Part shown: in pieces, positions 11,979 through 24,107 of the stretch
Position numbering within the stretch: position 1 is the stretch's first letter
Layout: each line of letters begins with the position of its first letter
Assembly (NCBI RefSeq): GCF_036588685.1
Contig: NC_086375.1
Span: 14,260,001 to 14,324,000 of the forward strand
Reading direction: 5' to 3'
Origin: Mytilus trossulus
Lineage: Eukaryota
DNA length: 64,000 nucleotides
Made by a program: the position numbers and the translations under genes
Notes under the pieces: generated by a model
Databases searched by the model: none
What the model was told of the DNA's origin: nothing
Seen by the model: only the letters and a program-made list of their open reading frames with translations

Positions 11979-12610
11979 ATAATATATATATAAGCTCTTC
12001 ATATATTAAGAAAACTTTGGGTTTTCAAAAATTTTGGCCACGAGCATTATCGAAGGAACATTTATTGTCGAAATAAGTATCTGGTGCAGAAAAAATGAAA
12101 TTATTTGAGATAAAGTTTAATACAGATTATCAACGATCAAGTTTATTACACGATCGGGAAAGCAGAAACAAAAACCTGCGAAAAGGAAACTTACACGTTT
12201 AGCCAATACCAGATTCCATCTGCAGACTTGCTGCCACGAATATGCATGTTGGCGTTCAATTTTATTCCTCAATCTCACCCGTTGTTAATTAAAGGCTCTC
12301 GATATTTCATGTTTGTATGGATTCAATGTGAACCGAATCGAAATGAAATTTCGTATATTTTTTATTTTTGTTTTATATTGTATTTTATTTACCCTTTTAT
12401 ATCACCTGTATTTGCTTTTGGAATAAAACGTATTATCGTATTATATTTTTTCAAATACAAATTTTTAATGATAAACAGCTAAGAAAAAACTACAAAACTT
12501 AACGATTTTTTTTTGTTCGCCTTGAAAACTCGCAACAAGTCGCATGAAATGAATAAAAGAATGGCTACAACCATTGTCATGAGATCGGTTAATTCTGTCT
12601 GATTGGCTTC

Positions 12611-15600
12611 TCAGAATTTTTTAAACTGAGAATCCACATCATCATACCCGGCAGCGGTTTCATTGGTAGCACTGTACATGCGGTACACAACAGGAATTCC
12701 CATGAATACCTTTTTCTTTGTGTGCGGCCACAAGAAAACGTATGCCACAATCAGAGGTCGTTCACCACTTCCATCTTGAAGTTCAGGACTGGCTTTCCAT
12801 AACCTCTCCTTGTGAACTTTGGCAAAAGCCTCGCATGTCATACGGAGGAGTATTTTTACAATGTTAGTGGTTTCTCTAGATTCAAAGTCATAAGGATACG
12901 TCCTATCGCTGGCTATGATTGCATCTGTGTATTTATCCAGAAGGCGGTTCCATACAACCTGTCCAAGATAATCGTTGTTATATCGTATAGCTACTTCGAG
13001 AATTCTTCGGTAAACATTTTTTGTTTTAGATGATTTGAGTTCGTGTTGGGCCAGCAGATACATAAGATCAGTATCCTTTGTTTCGGCAGCATAATGTAGA
13101 GGACTTTTGGCACTGTTGTCTATCATATCGACCGAGGCGCCACACTTTAGGAGTGTGTCCACCATACTAATCTCTCGTTGTTCTACGGCATAGAATAAGG
13201 GCGACTTTCCTTCATCATCCTGGACATCTAGGCGAGAACCTTTCTTAATTAGATCATTAGCAGTTGCAACAAAACCTTTACAAGCTGCGACATGGAGAGG
13301 AGTCTGTCGATTTCTGTCTGCAGTTTTGACTGAGGCTCCATAATTCATCAGAGCATGAACTATAAAATCATGACCATGATCAATGGCTAAGAACATTGGT
13401 GTTCGAAGATTACAATCTAAGGCGTCTAAAGTTGCACCTCGTTGGACTAAGAAGTCGATTATTGAGATATAGCCGAGTTCAGCAGCGTAGTGGAGAGGTT
13501 TGCGCTGTTTTCCGTCACTCTGATTAACAGGTGCGCCATGCATGACAAGAGATTGAGTAATCTGCAGGTAATTTTTTTCCACTGCATAGTGGATCGGCGC
13601 CTTCATATCGGAGTCCATAGAATACACCGAAGCTCCAGTTCGCAGGAGAAGGTCCACCATCATTTTCCTCCCGTCTTCAGAGGCACAATGTAGTGGCATC
13701 TTTTTACGTTTATCCGCGCAATTAACAGACGCACCTCTATCAATAAGCTCTTTGGCAGCGGCTACGTAGCCATGTTCCACTGCATAAAATAGTGGAGCCT
13801 TAATTCGGTTGTCGATCATGTTAACAATAGATCCAGATTTGAGAAGAACCCGCAATGCCGGAAGTTGACCATATTCCGCGGCGTAATGGAGCGGTATTTT
13901 CCCGTTGCTATCTTGCGAATTTACCCTCGCTCCAACTTTCAGTAACTGCCCCATAAGAATTGTGTCCCCACATATTGCTGCGCCGTGAAGTGTCGTCTTT
14001 TTCGTATCGAGGTCAAATTCATCATCGTCGTCCAGGGGTAGGTTGTCATTCACACGTTTATCAACTTCTGCAGGTGCAGTTTCTAGAAAGAAAAGCTATT
14101 TAAATATTTTTTTAAAACTATGTACCAAGAAACATCAGAACATTTCATTTATCAGTCAAAATATTCTTTTGTAAAAACTGATATTTTTTGGTATAAATTT
14201 GCATGGTAAGTAGTTGTATTCGAATTTAGACTAGTATTTCGCATATGATTTGCTACTGTAGAGATAAAAGTAGTATTCATTTTGTCTGGATTTATGTTGG
14301 CCTTTTGCATACCCAAAGGCATTGGAGAGCTGTGCCTAGATGTAAGGGTATAATTTGATGTAAAATGACGATGGCCATAGATAATATAAACACACTTCGT
14401 TTGAAGGACATACCATAATTTGACTTCAATTTTCAAAACATATAATAAATTAGATATATCACACATAACTGTTTTGTCCAAGTTCTGATAAAAAAAAAGT
14501 GGTAAATTAAATTTAGAACGTATGTTATCATCACATATCTATAGACAAAAAAAATACTAGCGGTGTTCGATTCCAAAAGTTTATTAAAGAAATTAAGGGG
14601 TCGATTTGGTTCTATTTTGTGTGTTACTGAATTGGTATACTAGTAGTTGTCGGTATATCATTAAAAATTTTGAACTACACTTTTGGGTAAAAATATTCAT
14701 ACTTGGTCTAGGTGACGACCATCTTCCTCTGGTGCTTGTAAAAATGTCTCCTCCTTTGGTACCATTCGAATGGAGAACCCGTTCAATGGTCTCATGTGCT
14801 TCTTGGCACTTAACATTGGTTTCTTGTGCTTCAAGTAACGAATCTTCACATCTTTTTAATTCGTAATCAATATTCATTTTTCTCTCTAATCTTGACGAAT
14901 TCTGAGAATCAAATGACAAATCGGCCATTTCAAGATTCCCGATGTCCCCTGTAAAAAAACATAAAACTTTTATCACCTGATATCACACTCAGTTATTGTG
15001 TTGTCAACGTTTATTTTTTCTGCCTATAACGGAAGTTGCTCTGGAAACTTTGTTATTAACACTGCCATAATACCCAGATATTATTACCCATAATTCCGTT
15101 AGGTACAAAACTTATGTTCCATTGTAAAAGAAGAGAAAAGAGGGACGAAAGATACCAAAGGGACAGTCAAACTCGTAAATCTAAAACAAACTGACAACGC
15201 CATGGCTAAAAATGAAAAAGACAAACAGAAAAACAATAGTACACATGACACAACATAGAAAACTAAAGAATAAACAACACGAACCCCACCAAAAACTAGG
15301 GGTGATCATAGGTGCTCTGGAAGGGTAAGCAGATCCTGCTCAACATGCGGCACCCGTCGTGTTGCTTATGTGATTACAAATCCGGTAAATAGTCTAATTC
15401 GGTAGGTCAAATTCATGAAAGGGATGGGGATTGTAGACTAGTTACGACGTAAGGAACATATCCGATATCATTTGTGAAAGGGTTATTCCATAACGGTCAA
15501 CCAACTCGTGATGGCGTCCGTAAAATTTACGAAGGGATGATTTCAACTTCACCATTTGGAACTCTTGGTTTAATAGCTTCCTTGTGAGCAGTAACCCTCT

Positions 15601-16956
15601 ATCAAGAAAATCATGATAGGAAACGCAAGCACGGGAATATCGTATCAATTGGGAGATATATACCCCGTATGCAGGTGCTGCTGGAATGTTGCTACTTAGA
15701 AATGGAAAGTTCACAATTGGAAAGCTGAAATCATCTCTTTTGTCGTAAAGTTTTGTCTTCAACCGACCCTCATTGTCAATTTCTAGATATGAAGCCGACT
15801 TAACTGTCGTGTAAATTATACTACAGAATATTCCTTTTATGAAGGAACTTTAATATGTTTTAAAATCGTGTTTTGTTTTGCTCTGTTTCAAGTTTGTATG
15901 AAGTGTTCTATAGATAGGTATTTGTGTTTTCGTCGGTTTTTTTTTAATGATTTGGTCAGCTTTTCTTCGTCTTATGAGCTCAGATTTTCTAATTGATATT
16001 TTCCGACTTTTTTTAAAATACAGTATTTTGTTATAAATAACTGTAAATTCAGAAATATTTACTTTGATTTGTATGATCGTTGAACAATGGACAAATTTGT
16101 GAGATTATAATGCGTTTTGGAATTGCTATACACTGCAAATAATGATTTAAAAATTTAAAATGTATTTCTATAAAACCTATTTCTCGTCACAACGTACTCT
16201 TGCAGTAATTAAAGCAGGTCTAAAATTTACTGAATTCAGTTATTTTCATTGGCTTTTGTGTTATTTTTATGATGAACGGAACTTTTATCAATATCGCAGA
16301 TAGTTTTGACATATTTTTGGTATTTTGAGTTTTCAATGCTCGTCAGTCTTACATTTGCATTGACCCTTTGTTTTGATTCTAGCTTCATTGGCGAGTATTT
16401 TCTACTCTTGTTGTCTTGTACTCAAAAATTTTGGTTAAGATTTTTAAAAGTAAGGGAGGGGCACGAGTTGATTGAGATATAAAAAGGAAGAGCAGATCAG
16501 AGTACCAAAATATATATTAAAACCATCAGAAACATAGTCGAAGTTGAAATATAAAAAAAAATAAGGTGGTGTAATTTCCAATGAGACAACTATCTATACC
16601 AGAGTTGAATTGACGAAGATAAAAGTTTGTATTTATTGTGTTGTTCATTTGCTGTATTAAGATTGACATAATCACGCGTAAGCTAGGAGCCATGCATAAG
16701 AACATTTTTATATCATGCAGTAATTATGAACGTTTGAAAAATGCGGTTGGCCGTGCAATATTAGTAAGCCATGCTGTGAGATGCTATACGATTTTCAAAT
16801 GACATGACACCAAACGGACAGACGTTCTTCAATACAGAAATGTATGATTCAATTCTGAATGTTAGTAAAATGAAACAATATACCTGTACTAATACTGCTG
16901 ATGGATCCGGATGATGAATCGAGAAACCCAAAAGGTGCACTTTTTCTGGATGCCAT
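12611..16956 (-). CDS. Ankyrin-repeat protein, 3 coding exons, ~596 aa
   Basis: Exons 16956-16884 (MASRKSAPF..., phase 1), 14948-14703 (GDIGNLE...SPRP, phase 1) and 14082-12611. All junctions are GT-AG and in frame (1791 nt). Ten ankyrin repeats (e.g. TPLHVAACKG) plus one degenerate. Possible 5'UTR donor AAAG|GTGAGT at ~18127. Confidence 0.85.
15137..15808 (-). mobile_element. 5'-truncated retroelement fragment (RT C-terminal region plus 3' tail), Penelope-like
   Basis: SASYLEIDNEGRLKTKLYDKRDDFSFPIVNFPFLSSNIPAAPAYGVYISQLIRYSRAC is a typical mollusc Penelope-like RT tail. It lies in intron 1 of the ankyrin gene. Confidence 0.8.
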
Positions 16957-19258
16957 GACCTATAGATTTCAAATGAAGAATGTGTGCACTATGTGAATAG
17001 CATGAAAATGAGTGAAATGTTGAATGCTACCTTTCACCAATATTATATAAAAAAAAATCAAAAATATCTGAGTAAAACTGAAAAGGCCCTCTGACTAAGA
17101 TGAGTCAATGAGACCTAGACAAAAAATTAGAAAGATTAATGATGAAAAGATTCTTTATTTTGTAGGCGAGTCCCTTGTTCAATAAGACGCTTTGATCTCA
17201 GTCTAGAAATAACTATTTCATAAATTGGTTTTTTTTGTATGTTTTGCAAATAAAGATATTATTATAAACATTATGAAGTGGTATTTTTTTTTATAAACCG
17301 CTTACCCCCGAACCCTCACTAATAACTTTTAATCATGCAGAAGACTTGAATGATCCTTCAATACAGACTTTTTTAGAACTGGATTCGCAATGGCCACAAA
17401 CGACGAGCCCTAAACTTATATGAAACAACATGTGTTCGCGCCCGTAAAAATGTACCCATCAAACTATTTTAATTTTGGTTTCACATTGGTGAAATATACA
17501 ATGAAAACAAATCGTTCGAATATGGGACACTGTCTGTTATGTCGGAAATATATATTACAGTTGGAGTCTGAATATTTAGAAATGTTATGGTCAGTATATA
17601 ATAAGCGCATGTTAAGCTTTATTTCCCCTAAAACATACATCTGAGGTTATTATTATACCTATGAATTAGAATGGTTGCCTGGATGCTGTTTGCTTATACA
17701 TTAAGACCAGTGTTATGAATGAAGGTTTTTGTAAACTGAATGACAAGTGTAATGTATTATTGTGAAAGGAGAGAATAGCTGGTGCATAGTGATTTCGTCC
17801 ATATTTTTTTTATGAATAGTATAGATATATTTTGAAGACGTATTTAAGTACATATATAGTATATGCTTTGCGGAGATATGTCTATGTACATGAAAATCCA
17901 CAATGAAAAACTAACTATAGTTTATATGTATCACTTTTATGGAAGAACTAAATTGTGATATGTTGCAGAAATGTATATGTACGCGATGTGTCATGATTGA
18001 GAGATATGTTCGAAAATGGTACACGAAAAGTCCTAAATATATATGAGAAGTGAAAAACTGTTTTGAATGACGTGCACTTTTAAAGTAAACAATTTAAAAA
18101 CAAACAGCTTAAAGTAAACAACTCACCTTTTAATTTTGTTTAAGATCTAGTATTCATTATGATATTATAACATAAAATATTTATTGCTGACTACGTTATT
18201 ATTTAGAATATTCCTCAGTTAAGGGGTTTTGGGTTCCGGTTTTATACTTTGTGACTATGTAAAGAAACTATTGTTAAATAATCAAATTTATCGTTGATTA
18301 GTGTCATAATTCCATTGTTTTAAGATATATGTTTATGGCTACTATCCAGGTTGTTTGTCTATCTTTTATTGTATAAATCCACAACGTTTGTAAGATCATT
18401 GTGTCTTATTTCTGTATTATGATGTGCTTTCAACCAATTTAACAGTACCTAGAACGGATAAAACATTTGTGCCGGGGCGGGGGAAAAAGGGGGGCCGGCG
18501 GGTTACTTTAAATCAAACTTTTTCTGTCACTTTTCTTTGAATCGCTTTGTAATGATAATCGTTGTTAATTTTTTTTATGTTATGATCAGCACGGAGCACA
18601 TGAGATATTTCGAATATTTTCAGAACACTTGGGATGCCTTCTATAGTCGCTATTGTCATGATTGCATTGCTTCTTTTCACTATTGCATTGTAAAACTTAA
18701 TGGTGATACTTTTTTTTAAATATAATTTGTGAAAAAAATTGTTAAAGCATTTCGTTTTTGGATCATCAAAGTGATAAATTTTGTTACAAAACAAAAAAGT
18801 AGGTTTAACCGGATCCCGCGTATTCCAGAAATGTCTCAAAATAAATTTTACGATGATGATGATTTCTGTTGAAAGGTGAATTTCTGTCTACATATTAAAT
18901 TCAGAGAAAATTTTGATTTGTTTGAAATCAGACAAGATTTTATTGATTTCAGAATAAGAATGACATTTTCTTGAATAAATGTATGGGCTCTGGATAGCCA
19001 TATACGCATGCGCTTTTAAAATTCCATATATTGTGTATTTGTTATTGATTTTTAGTTTAAATGTAAACAAAACGCTTCAATTGGTTTACATTTTTAAATT
19101 TCCTTTAACTTTTGGTCTTGATCTTGATAGGAAGATTTTTATAAACATTCAATTTTGAACAAGACTTGAATCACATTGGTATATATAAGTTTATCGACTA
19201 TTTACTGCAAATAATTGGAAAAAGGTTAGCGTCCATAGCAACAACCTATTCCAACAAT

Positions 19259-21166
19259 ATGTAAGTAATGTATTTGTTCATTTTATTTCCGTGATTAAAA
19301 ATAGCATGACTATCATGTTAGATATTTAAAACTTCCATTTAGACTTATTCAGAAAATCTTATTTAATGTAAGTTGTGTTCGTGATAATGGCAGTATGATC
19401 ACACAGCAAGTGTTTTTGGACAATCGGTTGGATAAGTAAATTCTATATATCATGCATGTATTTGGTCGCTGGGGAAGAGTTGGCTTATTGGCAATCATAC
19501 CACATCTTCTTTTATTATATGTATTTTTTTTGTTAATTATTCAAAAAGACCTGCATGTTCTCAACGTATATATGTTCCACCTAACAGAAGTTCCACTGGA
19601 AATTTTGTTATAACAATTTCATTTACCTATTCCTGTTGGAACAAATATTTTATACTATTTATTCGTACGAACGTCAACCATAGTTTTTGTACCAAAATTG
19701 TCGGACCTACAAATTGAAATATATTGGTAACTTATTAGTTGGGATATGGACTGGATCTGACACCAATCGGAGAGCTGAAACCTCTCCGGCAAAATAATAT
19801 TTGAGTTGAAGGTTTTATTATGAAACATATGAATTGTTTGGGTTCTGAACAGTTTCAGCATGCAGCGTTACACGTTGAATTATAAATTAGCAACGGCATC
19901 TTCTATTTTCTTTTCAGGGAATTCACAGAAATTGAAACTAACTCACGTAAGAGGAGTTTTATCGAACAGAGACATGATCCGTCTTCAACTAAATATCGCC
20001 GAACGTACGACTCACTGTGCCTTAGTAAGTGTAAAATAGTGTTTTTATTTTTAATAATGTGTGTATACTTATTATTTGTTTACTTAATATATTTTGTATA
20101 TTACGTTTAAAAATCAGGAATTGCTTTTGTTGCACTAGTATTTACTTAATGTTATTTTTTTTCTTGACAGCCACCATTTTCTGATTAAACTCTAGCATCT
20201 ATTAACTGCAACTCTGAGCAATTCCAAAAAGACCTTTATCTTTGCCATTATAAGCACACATACGTTCTATGGTGATCTACAAAAGTCTAATTGGTTGTTG
20301 ATTGCTTAACGTCCAGTGACAAATAGTTCATGCTTGATGTTCAGGAGTCTGTCTCCTTGATCTGAAAATTTCCATAATTTTTTTTTGTGGTGGTGGGGGG
20401 GGGGGGGGGGGGGGGGTGAAGTTCGTACTGTATCGAAACTTTTGTGGTGGTGGTGGGTGGGGGGGGGGGGGGTGAAGTTCGTACTGTATCGAAACGACAA
20501 AGAAGACCAACAAATACACACAGATAATCTTGAGGGCATATATTCATCAACTAGAACCATATGGGATGAACTGAAAAGCTTCCAATTAAGTGAGGTTAAT
20601 AAAACATAAGGTCTAAATAGAGTAAGATGTGCATTTTAAATATGTTTACATTAAAAAAAATAGAGCATGTTAAACAATATATCTGATTGAAAGAACGTAC
20701 ACAATTTATTATTTTCAAATAACATTTTGTAGGTATACAAAGTTCCTGTATATTTCTAGACTTTAACCAAGCATACGACAATGTGTGTTTCCAATGTACA
20801 GAGACTACAGACCAGTACAGACCTGGAATGCCATACAAACTCCTACATTATCCAATGAGAAGTAACGTGGAAATTATATTTAGCATCATAGATTTGGACT
20901 TTTTACAAGAAATACATTTAGGACTCAACGGTTGCACAGGACAACATTATCATGGTCTTATTGATATACTTGTAAACAATATTCCTGTATTAATAGACTT
21001 TGCAGGATTAAGCAATGATATGGCATTTAGAGAACAATCCTTTTCTATTCCTAAACATATATGTGCTCATGGAGAAAACAAGGTGATAGTTCAACTTAGT
21101 AACAATAGTCCTGGTATATTCTGGTTGTCAGATGCTCGAATTACCGGTATTTATCATGTACACTAA
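19259..21166 (+). CDS. Uncharacterised ~180-aa protein with a predicted jelly-roll / galactose-binding-domain-like fold; 3 exons
   Basis: Exons 19259-19260 (AT|gtaagt), 19918-20024 (ttttcag|G GAA...CTT A|gtaagt) and 20733-21166 (ttgtag|GT...TAA) give 543 nt in frame. The C-terminal pattern IDILVNN...FSIP...GENKVIVQL...FWLSDARI suggests a beta-sandwich. AATAAA at ~21237. Confidence 0.7.
20381..20494 (+). repeat. Two-copy ~55-bp tandem repeat with long G runs (G-quadruplex potential)
   Basis: ttttgtggtggtgg(g)n-tgaagttcgtactgtatcgaaac occurs twice. Confidence 0.8.
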
Positions 21167-22152
21167 TACATGACAATTTTAGTGCACTGAATGTATATTT
21201 ATACCCCAACGTCTCATTTTCTTCTTCTGAGAAATGAATAAAAAAATATTTTAGAGAGAACTATAGAGATTGTCAATGTTGTCAGAAAGAGAAAGGGAAA
21301 TAAAAAATCATGCGAATAAAGACAATACAACGTTCATATAAGTATCAGTACATTTTTTTCATTGTTCCGCCATTAAAACGAAGGTTACATGGTGTTTTGC
21401 CTTTTAAAGGACTGAAATGTCAAACACACTTATTTACTTTCTTTTTGTTATTTATACTATAGCGGTATGGGCTTTGCTCATTGTTGAAGGTTGTACGGTG
21501 ACCTATATAGTTGTTAATTTCTATGTCAAATTGGTCTCTTGTGGAGAGTTGTCTCACTAACCATCATACCACATATTCTTATTGTTTTCAAACTCACAAA
21601 TCGAAAATAAACTGACATCGCTATCACTATAAAAGGCTAAACAGACAAATAATAGTACACAAGAAACAACATAGAAAACATAACGAAATCCACAAAAAAA
21701 GAATATCTTATAGGACCGTTTCGATAAACAGGCCCCAGTTCTCAAAATATTATTATGTAAAAAATATATTTTTATTTAAATGAATAAATGTCTTTTATTT
21801 ACAGTCATTTATATTTAAGGCATTTAGCATAATGCCTGCACACATTTTTCAGGATTTAAGATTTAAGACTAATACCTACATGTAACATCATTTAGGCAAT
21901 AGACTTACTGCCTAGGCGTTAAACTTAATGCCTAATTTCAATTATTGCCGCTAACATATATATGAAGCGGGTTTTGAATGTTTTGATTCTCTTACACATG
22001 TATGGTCAAAGAAGAATGAAATAATTGAAATCCACGAAACACTAGGTTTTTTGGCAACATTATTCCATTGAAAGGAAGACAAATTATACTAGGGGGAATT
22101 AAAAATCGTATTTTTAAAAACTCAAATGCGTATCGATGATTCTAATTTATGC

Positions 22153-23086
22153 TTTTTTGTCGAGCCTGCGACTTTTGTCGCAGAAAGCTCGACATAGGGA
22201 TAGTGATCCGGCGGCGGCGGTGTTAGCTCACTTCTTAAAAGCTTATTATTTTAGAAGGTGGGAGACCTGGATGCTTCATACTTTGTATATGGATGCCTCA
22301 TGTTACGAAGTTTCCGTCAGTCACATGTTCAATTGACCTCATTTTCATGGTTCAGTGACTACTTGAAAAAAAAGTTAAGATTTTTTTGTAATGTTAAATT
22401 CTCTATTATTATAAGGAATAGGATAACTATATTTGGTATGTGCGTACCTTGCAAGGTCCTCTTGCCCGTCAGACAGTTTTCACTTGACCTCGACCACATT
22501 TCATGGATCAGTGAACAAGGTTAAGTTTTGGTGGTCAAGTCCACATCTGAGATACTATAAGCAATAGGTCTAGTATATTCGGTGTATGGAAGCACTGTAC
22601 GGTGTATATGTCCAACTGGCAGGTGTCATCTGACCTTGACCTCATTTTCATGGTTCAGTGGTTATAGTTAAGTTTTTGTGTTTTGGTCTGTTTTTCTAAT
22701 ACTGTATGCAATAGGTCAACTATATTTGGTGAATGGAAATATTTCATGATCTACATGTCAGTCGCGCAGGTTTTATTTGACCTTGACCTCATTTTTTACG
22801 GTTCATTGCTCAGTGTTAAGCTTTTGTGTTTTGGTCTGGGGTTTTTAAACTATAAGCAATAAGTCAATTTCATTTGTTGTATGGAAGAATTGTTAGCTGT
22901 ACACGCCTACCTGGCATGGTTCGTCTGACCTTGACCTCATTTTCATGGTTTAAAGGTCAATGTTTAGTTTTCTTGGTTTATGTTAAGTTTATGTGACAGT
23001 TGTAAAAAAACTTTATTATTAGGACTATCAACATAATATCAATGATAAGTAAAGAACGCGAGACATTTCAGTGTGTGCACTCTTGT
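22153..23086 (+). mobile_element. Helentron/HINE-type non-autonomous element with an internal tandem array
   Basis: Begins in a T-run with a hairpin (tgtcgagc...gctcgaca), then (GGC)n. Repeated ~150-bp units contain gaccttgacctcattttcatgg. Ends gagacatttcagtgtgtgcactcttgt. Confidence 0.8.
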
Positions 23087-23548
23087 CTTTTTATAAAGTT
23101 TGTGAGTTTGTCTCAAGAACGAATACAAACGAAAATCCAAAGCTTTGCAATTGTATTCAAATACAAATTGAAATACCTGGTTTTGATTATCCCAAATTGC
23201 AAAATTTCAAAATGCGCAAAGGTTCAGTGGAACACTGTGTCTCGCCTTCCGTTGTTGCTGTAATGCAATGTAAAAATGTTATATGACTGCCACATATAGC
23301 ACTGTCCTTTTCTCATAGAAACTTTTATATCTAGATATAAGAAGATGTGGTATGAGTGTCAATAAGACAACTCTCCATCCAAGTCACAATTTATAAAAAT
23401 AAACCATTATAATTTATAGGTCGAAGTCTGGACTTCAACACATAGCCTTGGCTCACACCTAACAGTAAGCAAAAAACGGCCCAAAATAATCAATTAGGAT
23501 TGTTTTACACAATTGTTCTCTAGATGTTTTCTCGTGTCATAAGTAAAA

Positions 23549-23803
23549 GAGTGTGTAGCCAAAGGTAACATATTTGGTTAGCTTCCTTGTTAGCTGAACC
23601 GTGAAGTCATTGTTAGGTAAGGTAAGCTACCCTACTTTAAGAATAGACTAGTCCGACAGAAGACCAATCTAGCTGTCTGTTGGACTATGCTACTTTTAAA
23701 GGAGGGTAGTATATCTGACCAAATAATGACATCTCGGTTCAGCTAACAAGCAAGCTAACCAAAGATATCACCTTTTGCTACGTACTCAATGGAATCCGCT
23801 GTA
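23549..23803. mobile_element. Hairpin MITE, same family as 7701-7973
   Basis: Shared arms ttagctgaaccgtgaagtcatt / aataatgacatctcggttcagctaacaagc. Confidence 0.7.
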
Positions 23804-24107
23804 AATGTCACGAATGATTTTAAAACATTGACGGAAGTAGAATACAACCAACAGCAGTAGTACCGAGTACATCTTGACCAAGCTTTCTGCATTATGTAAA
23901 GTCTTTAAGTTAATTTCTTTATGAAGTTATATTGGTTGTCCTGTGATAGCTAAACTTTGTCGGATTTTTTTAATTTTAAGCCTTGAATTAACCTTAGAGG
24001 TCGTTTATTATGAATTCACTTTTAAGAAATCCGTCATAGCGAGACAAGACAGACAAAATACAAATACACATTGTGATCTTAAAGACATTTGGTATAAATT
24101 GAAGTAT

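Noticed and set aside
12500-12613. Possible TGA read-through or selenocysteine at the ankyrin gene stop
   Set aside because: The 36 downstream codons show no motif and I saw no SECIS-like hairpin.
20306-20609. Poly-Pro/poly-Gly ORFs
   Set aside because: They are translations of intronic G/C homopolymer repeats.
7701-23803. Shared hairpin upstream of both PGAP4 copies as a co-duplicated regulatory element
   Set aside because: Distances to the genes differ (~0.7 versus ~4 kb), the flanks do not align and it looks like a dispersed MITE.
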